Shown: positions 54,117-63,124, counted from the stretch's first letter. The stretch: DNA of 64,000 nucleotides from an uncultured Gemmatimonadales bacterium (GCA_963701965.1 OY969695.1:4736001-4800000), one strand, 5' to 3'. Numbers and translations: made by a program. The notes: generated by a model not told the origin, from the letters alone.

Positions 54117-54436
54117 GCCGCGACCTCAACGTCTTGCTCAGGTACGCACTCGATATGATAGAGCGCGCCTGCGACTTCGATCTCGGGAGCGAAGCCGTTG
54201 CACCCGGCGCAGCATGGTGGTCGCGTCGCGGGTGTGTGCTCGGTCGTTTTACGGCTTTCAGTGACTGCTCTCGTCTCAGCCTGGCCATTCTTGGGGTCCC
54301 AATGATCGTTCGGTCCCTAACGGATCAGCATGTCCGCATGGGCGATCACCCCAGGCCTGTAGTGTTCTCGCATCACCCAGCCTAGCGTTGGACTCCCGTC
54401 AAATCGGCGGGGAGGCTCAAACCCAACGGAGGCTGT

Positions 54437-54568
54437 ATGTCACGCATCGCCACTCGCGTCATCCTGCTCATCACCGCCGCCACGCTGGCCGCTTGTGCGA
54501 CCACGACGGCACCGACGGCGAATGATTGCGGTGGAGGATCTGGCGTAGGCTCAGGCAATCACTGCTGA
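54437..54568 (+). CDS. 43-aa lipoprotein-type peptide precursor (not in ORF track)
   Basis: GGAGG RBS; MSRIATRVILLITAATLAACATTTAPTANDCGGGSGVGSGNHC*. Confidence 0.8.
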   Translation: MSRIATRVILLITAATLAACATTTAPTANDCGGGSGVGSGNHC

Positions 54569-54580
54569 CCAGCCACGTCG

Positions 54581-54617
54581 GCGTTGACGGCTACTGCTCT
54601 CCGGTAGCCGTCAACGC
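54581..54617. terminator. Perfect 14-bp hairpin where the peptide and TPR genes converge
   Basis: GCGTTGACGGCTAC-9nt-GTAGCCGTCAACGC; no U-tract. Confidence 0.6.
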
Positions 54618-56086
54618 TTGCTCGCGCCGTTCACGGAGCCGCTGTGCGAGCGCATCGCGCAATTCCTTCGACATGCCCGCTACCGCTGGCTCGACGGGTG
54701 GGATGTCATCAAGAACCTCGAACCGGTATTGGTTGAGACCATACTCTCGCGCGATCTCCTGCATTCTCGCGAAGGTGTCTGCCGACATGGCGTCGCGACC
54801 GAACCGCCTGAATCCTTGCGCGAGCCGCCAATAAAAGTCGGCCTGCATGTCGACAGGAATCTCGGACGGGTCACCCATCGCCCGGCAATGGTGCTCGAAC
54901 GCCATTTCATCGCTGTCTTTTCATTCGCGAGCCGCAGGAGGCAGATGGTGGCGTGGGCGCGGGTCGCCCTCTGAGCGCCGGTGGCTTGGTTGATCAGGAG
55001 CGCATCCCGCGCGGATTCCCGCTCTCCCACATGCGTGAGGACGTTGGCCAAGTCCTCCAGTGCCCGTTCCTGCTGAAGCACCTCGTCGTAGAGCTCCAGG
55101 GCGGCGAAGAGAGACGCTGCGGCTGACACGTACTTGCCCATCTTCATTTCGGCGAGCCCGCGATCGTGCGTCGCCATCGCCTCCGCAGCCCGGTGACCAT
55201 CCGCCTGCGCAGCGAAGACGACGCCCTCTAGGAGACGGACCGCATCCGGCATGTTGCCGCGGTGCATCGCGAGACACCCTTCGGCATTGCGCACGCGAAG
55301 AACGGCCGCCTGGTCACCAATGGCCGTGGCAATGCGCTCGCCCTCTCGGTATGCATCAGCGGCCTTGTCGAGTAACCCTAACTGGCGGCAGCAATACCCC
55401 AGGCGGACATAGACCAGCGGGAGGCCGCTCTTGTCATCTGGACCCCGCGAATACTCACGCGCTGTCTCGTAGACGTCGATCGCCGGTGCCCACTCGCCTA
55501 GGTCCTCCAGCAAGAGGCCGTAGCTGAACAGCAGGACCGGGATGGGTCCCACGTCCGCGGTCGTGACGGCCTTCACGTTATCGGTCAGTCTGAGGAGCAC
55601 GTCCCGCGCGCAATGATCGTCGATTCCTTCGATGAGCTGACGCAACAGTACAAACTCGCGGAGCGTCGGATCGCGGCCCGAGACATCCCTCGTAGCCCAC
55701 CGATCCAACAGCCGCAAAGTGAGCATGCCCGAGACGAGGACATGCCGTCGCGGCGAATGCGCGTCTCCGAGTGCGGCGAGTCGATCAAAGAAAGCCAGAT
55801 GTGGGAGGGCCGGGCCGACATCCTTCAATTCCGAATTGGATGGGGCCAAGTCCAGATAGGCATCCGTCCCGTGCCAGCGCGGCTCGCGGCCGGCATTGGC
55901 CGTGTCGCCGTCGATAGGCTGCCATCGGTACTCGAGCCTTGCGTCCCCCCGCTCGTCGTAGGCGATCAGCGCGGTTCGCCGATACCCATTGCAGCACTTG
56001 GCCGCATCCGCCGCGCTCTGCCATGAATGCGGCTCTGGGCCAGAGCACAGAAACACACCTGGCGGGTTGGTCTCGTCGTCGGCCAT
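54591..56086 (-). CDS. TPR-repeat protein, putative peptide receptor (frameshift near 54922; start uncertain)
   Basis: TPR helices YGLLLEDLGEWAPAIDVY, LGYCCRQLGLLDKAADAY, HDRGLAEMKMGKY; C-terminus in ORF 54591-54905. Confidence 0.75.
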
Positions 56087-56245
56087 GGGGCGCGGTCGGG
56101 GTTTTTCCGCGTGTCGTGGCGCACACTCACAACACTGTCGTCGGAGGGAACGTACGGCGCCGCACCCTGTTGGCCAGATGCGAGAACACATTGAGCCTGG
56201 TCTGTCGACCATCTTCGCCCGTAGCGTCACGGGCGCGCCGGATGG

Positions 56246-56497
56246 TTAGTGCCGCGTCTTCCGCTTCCCGGTTGGCCGTCTCACCGGTTGCGGGACGTAG
56301 TCGAAGAGTGCCCCCGGTTCGACTTGGAGGACATTGCACAGCGCTTGGAGTAGTCCGAGGCTCACCCGAGTCAGTTCGCCGCGCTCCCGAACGAGCCGGT
56401 AGAGGGTTGACTCCGTCAGGCGACCGCCCGAATCGCGGGCGATCTCGTAGGGGCTCTGCTTTCGCTCGTCGAAGATCTCCGGGATTCGTAAGCGCAT
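56246..56497 (-). CDS. Cro/C1-type HTH regulator
   Basis: SPYEIARDSG..STLYRL..LCNVLQVEPGALF. Confidence 0.85.
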   Translation of the reverse strand: MRLRIPEIFDERKQSPYEIARDSGGRLTESTLYRLVRERGELTRVSLGLLQALCNVLQVEPGALFDYVPQPVRRPTGKRKTRH

Positions 56498-56532
56498 ATG
56501 TGGCACGAAACTACGGCGATCTGCGCGGGCCG

Positions 56533-56586
56533 GTACTGTCGGTAATGAGTGCACGCGTTAACGGGTGCACTCAGTCTTGACAGTAC
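56533..56586. promoter_or_regulatory. 54-bp nested palindrome between divergent HTH genes, contains TTGACA
   Basis: GTACTGTC-N5-TGAGTGCAC-gCGTTAACGg-GTGCACTCA-N5-GACAGTAC. Confidence 0.8.
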
Positions 56587-56615
56587 GGCCGCCATGGCGC
56601 TTATTCACCCCACCC

Positions 56616-56882
56616 ATGGCACCCAATCCCTCACGCCGTCGCGCACTACTCACCTGCGAGAAGGTCGGCCGGGCCGTTCGCGTTCTTCGTGAGCGACGCG
56701 GATTGAGTCAGGCGAAGCTCTCCGCGCTGGCTGGCGTCGACCGACCTGCGCTCGGCAGCATCGAGCGGGGCAAGCAATGGGGGATCCTGAGTACCTATGA
56801 CAAGCTGCTCCTGGCGATGAACGCCAGCTGGATCGAGTTCGCGACCGTACTCGACATGCTCGCCGCTAGCAAGCAGTCGTGA
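56616..56882 (+). CDS. XRE-family HTH regulator
   Basis: VRVLRERRGLSQAKLS..LGSIERG. Confidence 0.88.
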   Translation: MAPNPSRRRALLTCEKVGRAVRVLRERRGLSQAKLSALAGVDRPALGSIERGKQWGILSTYDKLLLAMNASWIEFATVLDMLAASKQS

Positions 56883-57139
56883 CATCGCAAGGGCACCACA
56901 ACTGATCACAAGTGGCAGTCACCGTGAGAGCGCCGGGGGGCGACATGAACAACCGATGTGATGATCTGTTGAGGCGACGAGTAGCTCGATTCGAGCGAGA
57001 GCAACGCTGGGCCGACCTAAACGACGTTCTGGGTCGGTGGCCCTGGCCCGAAGGCGACCGTCCAGACCCGAGATGCGGCTTATGTGCATTTGCTGATCCG
57101 CATCGAGGTCCATGAACTCGGAATGGCGGGTGGAGCGCG

Positions 57140-57736
57140 ATGAGAATCCTTCCCGAAGTCGGCGCCGCCGGGTTCACGGACCGAGAGCGGGTTGCCATTT
57201 TTCAAGCGGTCATCGCGTACAACGGACTTACGGGAGCCGGAGCCGCTGGGCGGCTGGGCGTTTCCTACGCGCACACGCAGCTTGTGCTTAGTGGCGAACG
57301 GTTCGCGTCTCCCGCGCTCAAGGATCGACTCGCGGCCTTCCTCAAACAACCCGCGGAAGTGCTTTTCCCGGAGGAGGAGGAACGGCGCGCCAGACGCCGT
57401 ACGACGCGACAATGGGTTGAACGCGCCCCAGCCGCGCAGCCCCCGAACATGGTGCTACTCCGAGCACGATTGGCTACTTTGAAGATTTCCGGCCCAGCGG
57501 CAGCGAGAAAGCTGCAGTCGATTTACAACCACATGGTGTGCGTGCTGAGCCGCCAGCGAGAGGGGAGTGATGCTTTTAAGGGCCGAATCGCCGCGTTCAT
57601 CGGCAAGTCGGTGGAAGAGCTGTTCCCGTCCGCACGCTCAACGGCGCCAGTACCGCCAATGTCAGGATTCAGTCCTAACCAAGTTCACTCCGTGAGTAAT
57701 CCAGGCCGTACACCACAGCCGGGGATCTCATCGTGA
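57140..57736 (+). CDS. Protein with two tandem HTH-like repeats
   Basis: AAGRLGVSY..VLSGER..DRLAAFL..EVLFP repeated as AARKLQSIY..VLSRQR..GRIAAFI..EELFP. Confidence 0.7.
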   Translation: MRILPEVGAAGFTDRERVAIFQAVIAYNGLTGAGAAGRLGVSYAHTQLVLSGERFASPALKDRLAAFLKQPAEVLFPEEEERRARRRTTRQWVERAPAAQPPNMVLLRARLATLKISGPAAARKLQSIYNHMVCVLSRQREGSDAFKGRIAAFIGKSVEELFPSARSTAPVPPMSGFSPNQVHSVSNPGRTPQPGISS

Positions 57737-57857
57737 GCAACCGAAGGAAGAAGAAGCCGAAGGGCGGCAGCCACGACCAGGTTAGCGCACGCCGCAAGCA
57801 GCGGGACGAGGAGCTAGAGCAGATTGCTCTGTACCCCGATTCGTGAGACAGTTTGGG

Positions 57858-58697
57858 CTAACCCATGAGACCCGCCGCGACGGCGACCGCCGCGCGGTAC
57901 TGCTGTGGCGCCTGGAAGCCGAGTGCCGAGTGCGGCGCGACCGCGTTGTAGTCGGCGATCCAGGCCGGGATCTGCGCGAGGACCGCGGCCGCCGCACTCC
58001 GATCGGCCCCGCTCACGTAGTCCCGTTTGAGGGTGTTGACGAACGCTTCCGACATCCCGTTCGATTCCGGACTCGCCTTGGGCGTGGTGATCGGCTCCAG
58101 ATGCAGGCGCTCGGCCGTGCAGATCGTGTCCAGCGCGGTGTAGATACTGCCGTTGTCACTCAACCACTGGATCGGCGCATTGGGCCGCGCGCCGACCCCG
58201 AAGCGCCCCGTGACCGCGCGGTGCATCAGCTGCTGGATATCGGACGCCACCAGATCGCGCGCTGCCGCCACGTACGCCAGCACCTCGCGATCGTGACAGT
58301 CCAACGCGAAGCCGATCTGCACGTATTCCCCGTTCCAACACGCGATCTCCAGCCCGTCAGAGCACCAGCGCTCGTTCGACACCGGTCGCTGGATCTGCCC
58401 CGTGTGCGCCCGCCCAGTGCGCCGCCGACACCGCCGCGGGAGCGTCCACCCATTCACCGCCATGACCCGGCGGATCCGCTTCACGTTGTACGCGGTGCCG
58501 AACGCCCGGTTGACCAGGGCCCGCACGCGCCGCGACCCGTACGTCGCTCGCGTCCGGATGACATCACGGATCTGCGCCGTCACGACGCGGTCGTCGGCCC
58601 GGGCGTAGTGCGGACCGCGCACCCGCTCCGGGCGATAGGCGCTCGCCCGGCCCATCCCCAGCACGCGACAGATCGCGGCCACCCTCCGACCGGTCAT
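57858..58697 (-). CDS. IS3-family transposase OrfB (DDE)
   Basis: SNERWCSDG, LDCHDRE, WLSDNGS, SNGMSEAFV, PHSALG. Confidence 0.95.
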   Translation of the reverse strand: MTGRRVAAICRVLGMGRASAYRPERVRGPHYARADDRVVTAQIRDVIRTRATYGSRRVRALVNRAFGTAYNVKRIRRVMAVNGWTLPRRCRRRTGRAHTGQIQRPVSNERWCSDGLEIACWNGEYVQIGFALDCHDREVLAYVAAARDLVASDIQQLMHRAVTGRFGVGARPNAPIQWLSDNGSIYTALDTICTAERLHLEPITTPKASPESNGMSEAFVNTLKRDYVSGADRSAAAAVLAQIPAWIADYNAVAPHSALGFQAPQQYRAAVAVAAGLMG

Positions 58698-59047
58698 CGC
58701 TTGGACACGCCGTAGTAGCTGGGCCTTTTTTTTATCTCCTCCCGCGCCGCGTGGAGAATCTCGATCTCCATGGTCTTCTTCCCCAGCGCGCGTTCCAGCT
58801 CCTTGATCCGCTGCTGCGCGGCCCGCAACTCACTCGCCGGTACCACCTCCTCGTTCGCCGTCACCGCCGTCGTGCTCCCGCGATCGGCGAGCTGCTTCCA
58901 GCGCCGGATCACCGACTGTTCCACCGCCAACTCGCGGCTCAGCTCCGCGATGGTGACCTCCTCGCGCAGCACGCGGCTGACCTGCTCCCGCTTGAATGCG
59001 GCGGTGAAGATCCGCCGTCCGTCCGAACCCCGCCGGTGTGTTTCCAT
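58694..59047 (-). CDS. IS3-family transposase OrfA
   Basis: RRIFTAAFK HTH, IKELERALGKK; A8G slippery site at 58725-58733. Confidence 0.92.
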   Translation of the reverse strand: METHRRGSDGRRIFTAAFKREQVSRVLREEVTIAELSRELAVEQSVIRRWKQLADRGSTTAVTANEEVVPASELRAAQQRIKELERALGKKTMEIEILHAAREEIKKRPSYYGVSKR

Positions 59048-59414
59048 TGGATCGATCTCCGTTGAGAAGCCAACCTACACTTCCCAAAGTGCCTCGTCCA
59101 ATCGGGGTACAGAGCAAGATCAGGCGGGCCGGCGAAGAGCTGGCGGCGTTGGGACTGGCCGAGGTGGTGCGCGACGCCGCCGGCAATCAGGTCGGTTTCA
59201 AGATCACAGGGGACGGCGAAGCTTTCGCCCAAGCCATGGTCTCTCCGCGCGCGACTTCCTGCGATAGGCCCCTGGTGCGATCAGGATGCGACTAGGCCAT
59301 CTCGGCCTAGGCGACCTTGCAGAGTTGCAATGTCTTGCCGATCGCCGATTGGTGCACCATTGTCGTGCGCTTGCCGGCCGTCAGTCGATAGAACTCCTCA
59401 CCAATCGGACGTAC

Positions 59415-59801
59415 GTGATCATCTTCCTGGTTTGGGTGGCGTGCGGCGTTCTAGGCGCGGCGCTGGGCGCCGACAAGAACAACGGCTGCATGGGCGCCGG
59501 CCTTGGGTTGCTCCTCGGCCCTATAGGTGTGGTGATCGTGCTGTTAATGCCAGACAACCGGCCAACCCCGACCGCAGATGACGAATCGCCGCTCGACGGT
59601 CGGGAGTGTCCGTTCTGCCGGAAGGACATTCACCCACTGGCGGTGATTTGCCCGTACTGCCGCAGCGCTCTGGCGCCGGCATCTCAGGCCGATCCGGCGC
59701 CCGATGCCGACCCGACTTCACGCGTCACATCGAATCGCGTCCGAGTGCGTCTCAGCGGTGAAATCGCCGCCAGGCCCAAGATCGATCGTAGCGACGGGTG
59801 A
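59415..59801 (+). CDS. Small membrane protein with zinc ribbon
   Basis: Two TM segments (GLLLGPIGVVIV); CPFC..CPYC. Confidence 0.7.
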   Translation: MIIFLVWVACGVLGAALGADKNNGCMGAGLGLLLGPIGVVIVLLMPDNRPTPTADDESPLDGRECPFCRKDIHPLAVICPYCRSALAPASQADPAPDADPTSRVTSNRVRVRLSGEIAARPKIDRSDG

Positions 59802-59861
59802 ACGGTGAAGCGATGGCCGAGCCGGCTCGGCCATCGAGTCGCCAAATCCTTACCAGTGCCC

Positions 59862-60509
59862 ATGATGACTAAGAGCGAACGCGCACACTGCAATGGATGC
59901 GGCGGCGAAACCCTGCACACCATACTGGTGGAGCGTCAGCAACCAGGCTCCGAAGATATCTCCGGCGACGGAAGCCTGAGCATCTCTTGGCTAACGACGT
60001 GGGCAATGCTTGAATGCGCCGGATGCCTGACCGTATGCATGCGTCGGAGTTATTGGTTCTCCGAGACCGATGAAGTCTCGGTCGAGTTCTTTCCACCTCC
60101 CATTGCGCGAAAGCCACCGAGTTGGCTTCCAGCGCTGTCCGACGGCGTGGGCACGTTGCTCACTCAGCTGTATGTCGCACTCAACGCTGGCAGCCTGCGA
60201 CTAGCCATGATCGGGGCACGCTCGCTCATCGACGACGCGGTACAGGCTAAGATCGGTGATGCGGGAGGATTTGAGCGGAAGCTCGACATCATGCTGGAGC
60301 AGCAACTGATTTCGGAACCGCAAAAGCAGCGGCTCCTAGCAGCAGTCGAAACTGGCAATGCGGCGATCCATCGCGGGCACTCTCCATCGTTTGAGGACGC
60401 CGAATTGGTCATGGACATTGTAGAGGGCATGCTGCGCGACGAGTTACTCAGCGAGCGTGCGGCCGACTTGTACGAAAGAACACCTAAGAGGAATCCCCCG
60501 CGATCCTAA
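59862..60509 (+). CDS. DUF4145 (HEPN-like) protein with N-terminal zinc ribbon
   Basis: HCNGC..ECAGC; MIGARSLID; GNAAIHRG. Confidence 0.8.
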   Translation: MMTKSERAHCNGCGGETLHTILVERQQPGSEDISGDGSLSISWLTTWAMLECAGCLTVCMRRSYWFSETDEVSVEFFPPPIARKPPSWLPALSDGVGTLLTQLYVALNAGSLRLAMIGARSLIDDAVQAKIGDAGGFERKLDIMLEQQLISEPQKQRLLAAVETGNAAIHRGHSPSFEDAELVMDIVEGMLRDELLSERAADLYERTPKRNPPRS

Positions 60510-60511
60510 GG

Positions 60512-61492
60512 TCACCGAGAGAAACCACGCTGCCACATCTCGTCGAACTCGAACCCGGTTGATCGCAGGCCCTTGATAACACCTTCAACCAAGCCTCTGG
60601 CATGCCAGTAGGAGAGAGTCCGTCCCTTACCACGAGCGAATGCGGCTGCGCCACCAGTGGCGAACACTACGATCGAAGGATCCCCGCCCTGGATCCAGCT
60701 ATATCCGCGGGCCAGGATCAAGATGGCATTCAGTCGCTCATACCCGGGCCGCCACACGTAGTTGTCGCTGTCATAGGCCAACGCCTTCAACGCACTCAGG
60801 CACCGTCGCGCTTCGCCGATGTAGCTATCTCGCCGTGCCACTGCCTCCGATTCTGGCACCCATCCGAGACCAGGCAACCCTAGTACCTCGGTGAGATCGA
60901 GAAGGGCTGCTCCCGTGACATCATAGTCCCGCAATTGCTTCGCAGCTTCCTCAACGGCGCCCTTAAGGCTCGCCTCATGCTTTGGCCTTTTGACCTCAAC
61001 TCCGTACAGCGACATGCCCTGTTCCACGATGAAATCCGGCGATCTGCCATTCCCGGCGCGGGGAACGCTTGGAAACAGCCCACCATGATCGAGAATGGTG
61101 CCGACCCACAATTGCGTTTGGAACCGGTACGCAGCCTGGCCGCGACGAACATCGCTGCCTCGCCCCTTCTGTGCGGCTTGAAGCTGAGCGGCCATTTCGA
61201 TCGAACGCGCCGCCGGAAGAAGCCGCGCTATCTCGCCGACCTCGATTGAATCAAGAATCGCGTTGCCTACCAGTTTCTGATCGGAGACCGCGTCGGGGAA
61301 GACCCGTGCATCGGCGACTGCTCTGAGCGCCCCGATCTCTTCGCGAAGCCGACCAAACTCGGGCACGCGTACGCCAGAATTGCCAAAGCCGCTAATGGCA
61401 TCTTCGAGACGGCCCGCAAGGGCCGCGCAGTCTGCAGGACGAACGCGAGAATCGAGGGGACCAGGGTAGGGGTGCGGCACGGGCCCAAACAT
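60512..61492 (-). CDS. Hypothetical protein with PD-(D/E)XK nuclease-like motif
   Basis: SPDFIV..YGVEVKR..AAKQL. Confidence 0.6.
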   Translation of the reverse strand: MFGPVPHPYPGPLDSRVRPADCAALAGRLEDAISGFGNSGVRVPEFGRLREEIGALRAVADARVFPDAVSDQKLVGNAILDSIEVGEIARLLPAARSIEMAAQLQAAQKGRGSDVRRGQAAYRFQTQLWVGTILDHGGLFPSVPRAGNGRSPDFIVEQGMSLYGVEVKRPKHEASLKGAVEEAAKQLRDYDVTGAALLDLTEVLGLPGLGWVPESEAVARRDSYIGEARRCLSALKALAYDSDNYVWRPGYERLNAILILARGYSWIQGGDPSIVVFATGGAAAFARGKGRTLSYWHARGLVEGVIKGLRSTGFEFDEMWQRGFSR

Positions 61493-61751
61493 AATTCGCC
61501 GCGTCCGCTGTCGACCCCAGTGTGGTAGACGCGTCTGGCGCGCGCAAAAAGATCGCGGCGCTACCTAGTCTGTGGTGTTGCCTGATCCGTGATATTGTCA
61601 GGATATTCCATTTAGTTGAAATCGCGACTAGTTTTGGCGCACGCTCGATTCTGCCGGCGCATTACGCGGCCTCCGGTTGAGCGCTGGACGGAACCGAGTG
61701 CATAGGATCGGCCCGCGAGCTAGTAGTACTGGCCCCGAGTCACAAATGTGA

Positions 61752-61771
61752 CTGGAGCACTGTTGGAGCAG
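61752..61771 (+). promoter_or_regulatory. Putative integrase arm-type site, second copy
   Basis: CTGGAGCACTGTTGGAGCAG. Confidence 0.7.
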
Positions 61772-61852
61772 TCCGGTGCATTTCGATGCGTTTCTGTGCC
61801 GGGTTATGCGCCAATAGAGGCGGTTAAGTGGGCTATTGATGGTGCCGTGAAC

Positions 61853-61907
61853 GACTTAAAATCCCTTGGGGGTAACCCCATGCGGGTTCGAAACCCGCTC
61901 CCGGCAT
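61853..61907 (+). repeat. att core, right copy (3' part of tRNA-Leu)
   Basis: Identical to 50283-50337. Confidence 0.95.
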
Positions 61908-61911
61908 GCGA

Positions 61912-62787
61912 TTATTGCGTCACGTGAAGTAGTGCCGGCGCGCTCGACGCGGTGAGGAACATACCCGTAACGTCATACTCGCCGGGCCCGGGCACGGCGT
62001 TTAGGGTCTGACCCTCATCGAAAACGAAGCGCCGCGTTGCCCCCGCCGTCCCGGCCGGCGCGAAGGCGACGAAGAAGTCGTTCCCTTGCGCCGAGCTGGC
62101 ACCCACAATCGGACGACCGGCGACCGGAGTGATCAGAAAAGCGAACGAAATTCCCGCATCGCCTTGGGGCATTGGTGGCGAGATCTCCACCCGTACGGCC
62201 CGGGTCGTCCGGTTTGTCACGCTTACCGTGATCGGCAACCAGCCGCTGTCGGCGCTCAGCGATACGGGGTTGGGCGCCAGGAGCGTCGAAATCGCGAGCG
62301 TCGTCACCGCCACGAGAGGGGCTGTCGTCGACGTGTCCGGGGGGCCTCCGGCGTCCTGTACGCAGCGCTCCACACACGAGACAATGTCGCCGCACTGGTC
62401 GAGAAACTGGCCGCGCGGGTGATCGCCGCTCCGCAACAGCGCGTGCAACATTTCGTGTCGAACGAGATCGGAGGCGAATTGTTGCCCCGCGCCGAACACG
62501 ATCTTGTTCCCATCGCCAAACCACGCGGCATTGACGGACTGCCCTTCCAGCGGGAATGAGCTGCCGGCCGGCAGAACGTACCACCGCACGGCGTCGAAAT
62601 CGCCCGTGACGCCGGAGCAAGCCTCAGTCAGGGCCCACCAAGTGCGGTAACGCACCGGAGCGGCGAACGAAACGGCGTCCGAGGGCGGGCCCACCGCATC
62701 GCGACACGCGACGAGACCGGCGCCGAGACACCACGCACTGATAAACCACCGACGGATCGACAACACCGCTCCTGCACATGTGGTCAC
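61912..62787 (-). CDS. Lipoprotein with HExxH motif
   Basis: Lipobox LVAC; VRHEMLHALL. Confidence 0.65.
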   Translation of the reverse strand: MTTCAGAVLSIRRWFISAWCLGAGLVACRDAVGPPSDAVSFAAPVRYRTWWALTEACSGVTGDFDAVRWYVLPAGSSFPLEGQSVNAAWFGDGNKIVFGAGQQFASDLVRHEMLHALLRSGDHPRGQFLDQCGDIVSCVERCVQDAGGPPDTSTTAPLVAVTTLAISTLLAPNPVSLSADSGWLPITVSVTNRTTRAVRVEISPPMPQGDAGISFAFLITPVAGRPIVGASSAQGNDFFVAFAPAGTAGATRRFVFDEGQTLNAVPGPGEYDVTGMFLTASSAPALLHVTQ

Positions 62788-63124
62788 TCAGCTTAGACGC
62801 GCAGTCGTTGCTATCGCAAGACTTGGATTGCCTGCTTCCGCGCCTTGCAATTTCGCAATGATCCAAGCGCATGTGACCGGATAACAACCAGTCAGCGAAA
62901 CCCCCTCCGTCGCTGACGGCAGGAATTGACGCAACATTCGCGAGGGCTTTCGTCACGAGGGAATTGTTACGGCGATCCGCTAATGCCATACGGTTTCTCT
63001 CCTTGAGCGACCGCCAGAAAGGGTCGCCCGACGCTCGGGTCCTTCTTCACTGCTTGTGCTTGCGCGCGAGACTCGTATAGTCGCCGCGCGCTTTTCGGAT
63101 GCACACACATCTCAGGAGACTCAG

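Larger units (their letters stand above)
57825..59116 (-). mobile_element. IS3-family (IS2 group) insertion sequence, 1292 bp, AGAT target duplication
   Basis: TG..CA ends; 17-bp perfect IR TGCTCTGTACCCCGATT; AGAT at 57821-57824 and 59117-59120. Confidence 0.95.
57733..59295 (+). pseudogene. 88-aa ORF interrupted by IS
   Basis: Removing the IS and one AGAT gives in-frame MSNRRKKK..LEQIRRAGEELAALGLAEV..SGCD*. Confidence 0.7.
50338..61907. mobile_element. tRNA-Leu-integrated element (satellite/IME-like), 11,570 bp
   Basis: 55-bp direct repeats, integrase and xis next to the tRNA, regulators, helicase, cargo; no structural genes. Confidence 0.93.

Noticed and set aside
3428..54926. Widespread pseudogenisation or programmed frameshifting
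   Set aside because: Breaks share the GATG/CATC context across unrelated genes and leave otherwise clean frames, so sequencing error is more likely
50338..61907. Complete prophage or conjugative element
   Set aside because: No capsid, terminase, tail, lysis, relaxase or T4SS genes between the att sites
61853..61907. Second tRNA-Leu gene
   Set aside because: Only the 3' 55 bp; no 5' acceptor strand or D-arm, so it is the att duplicate
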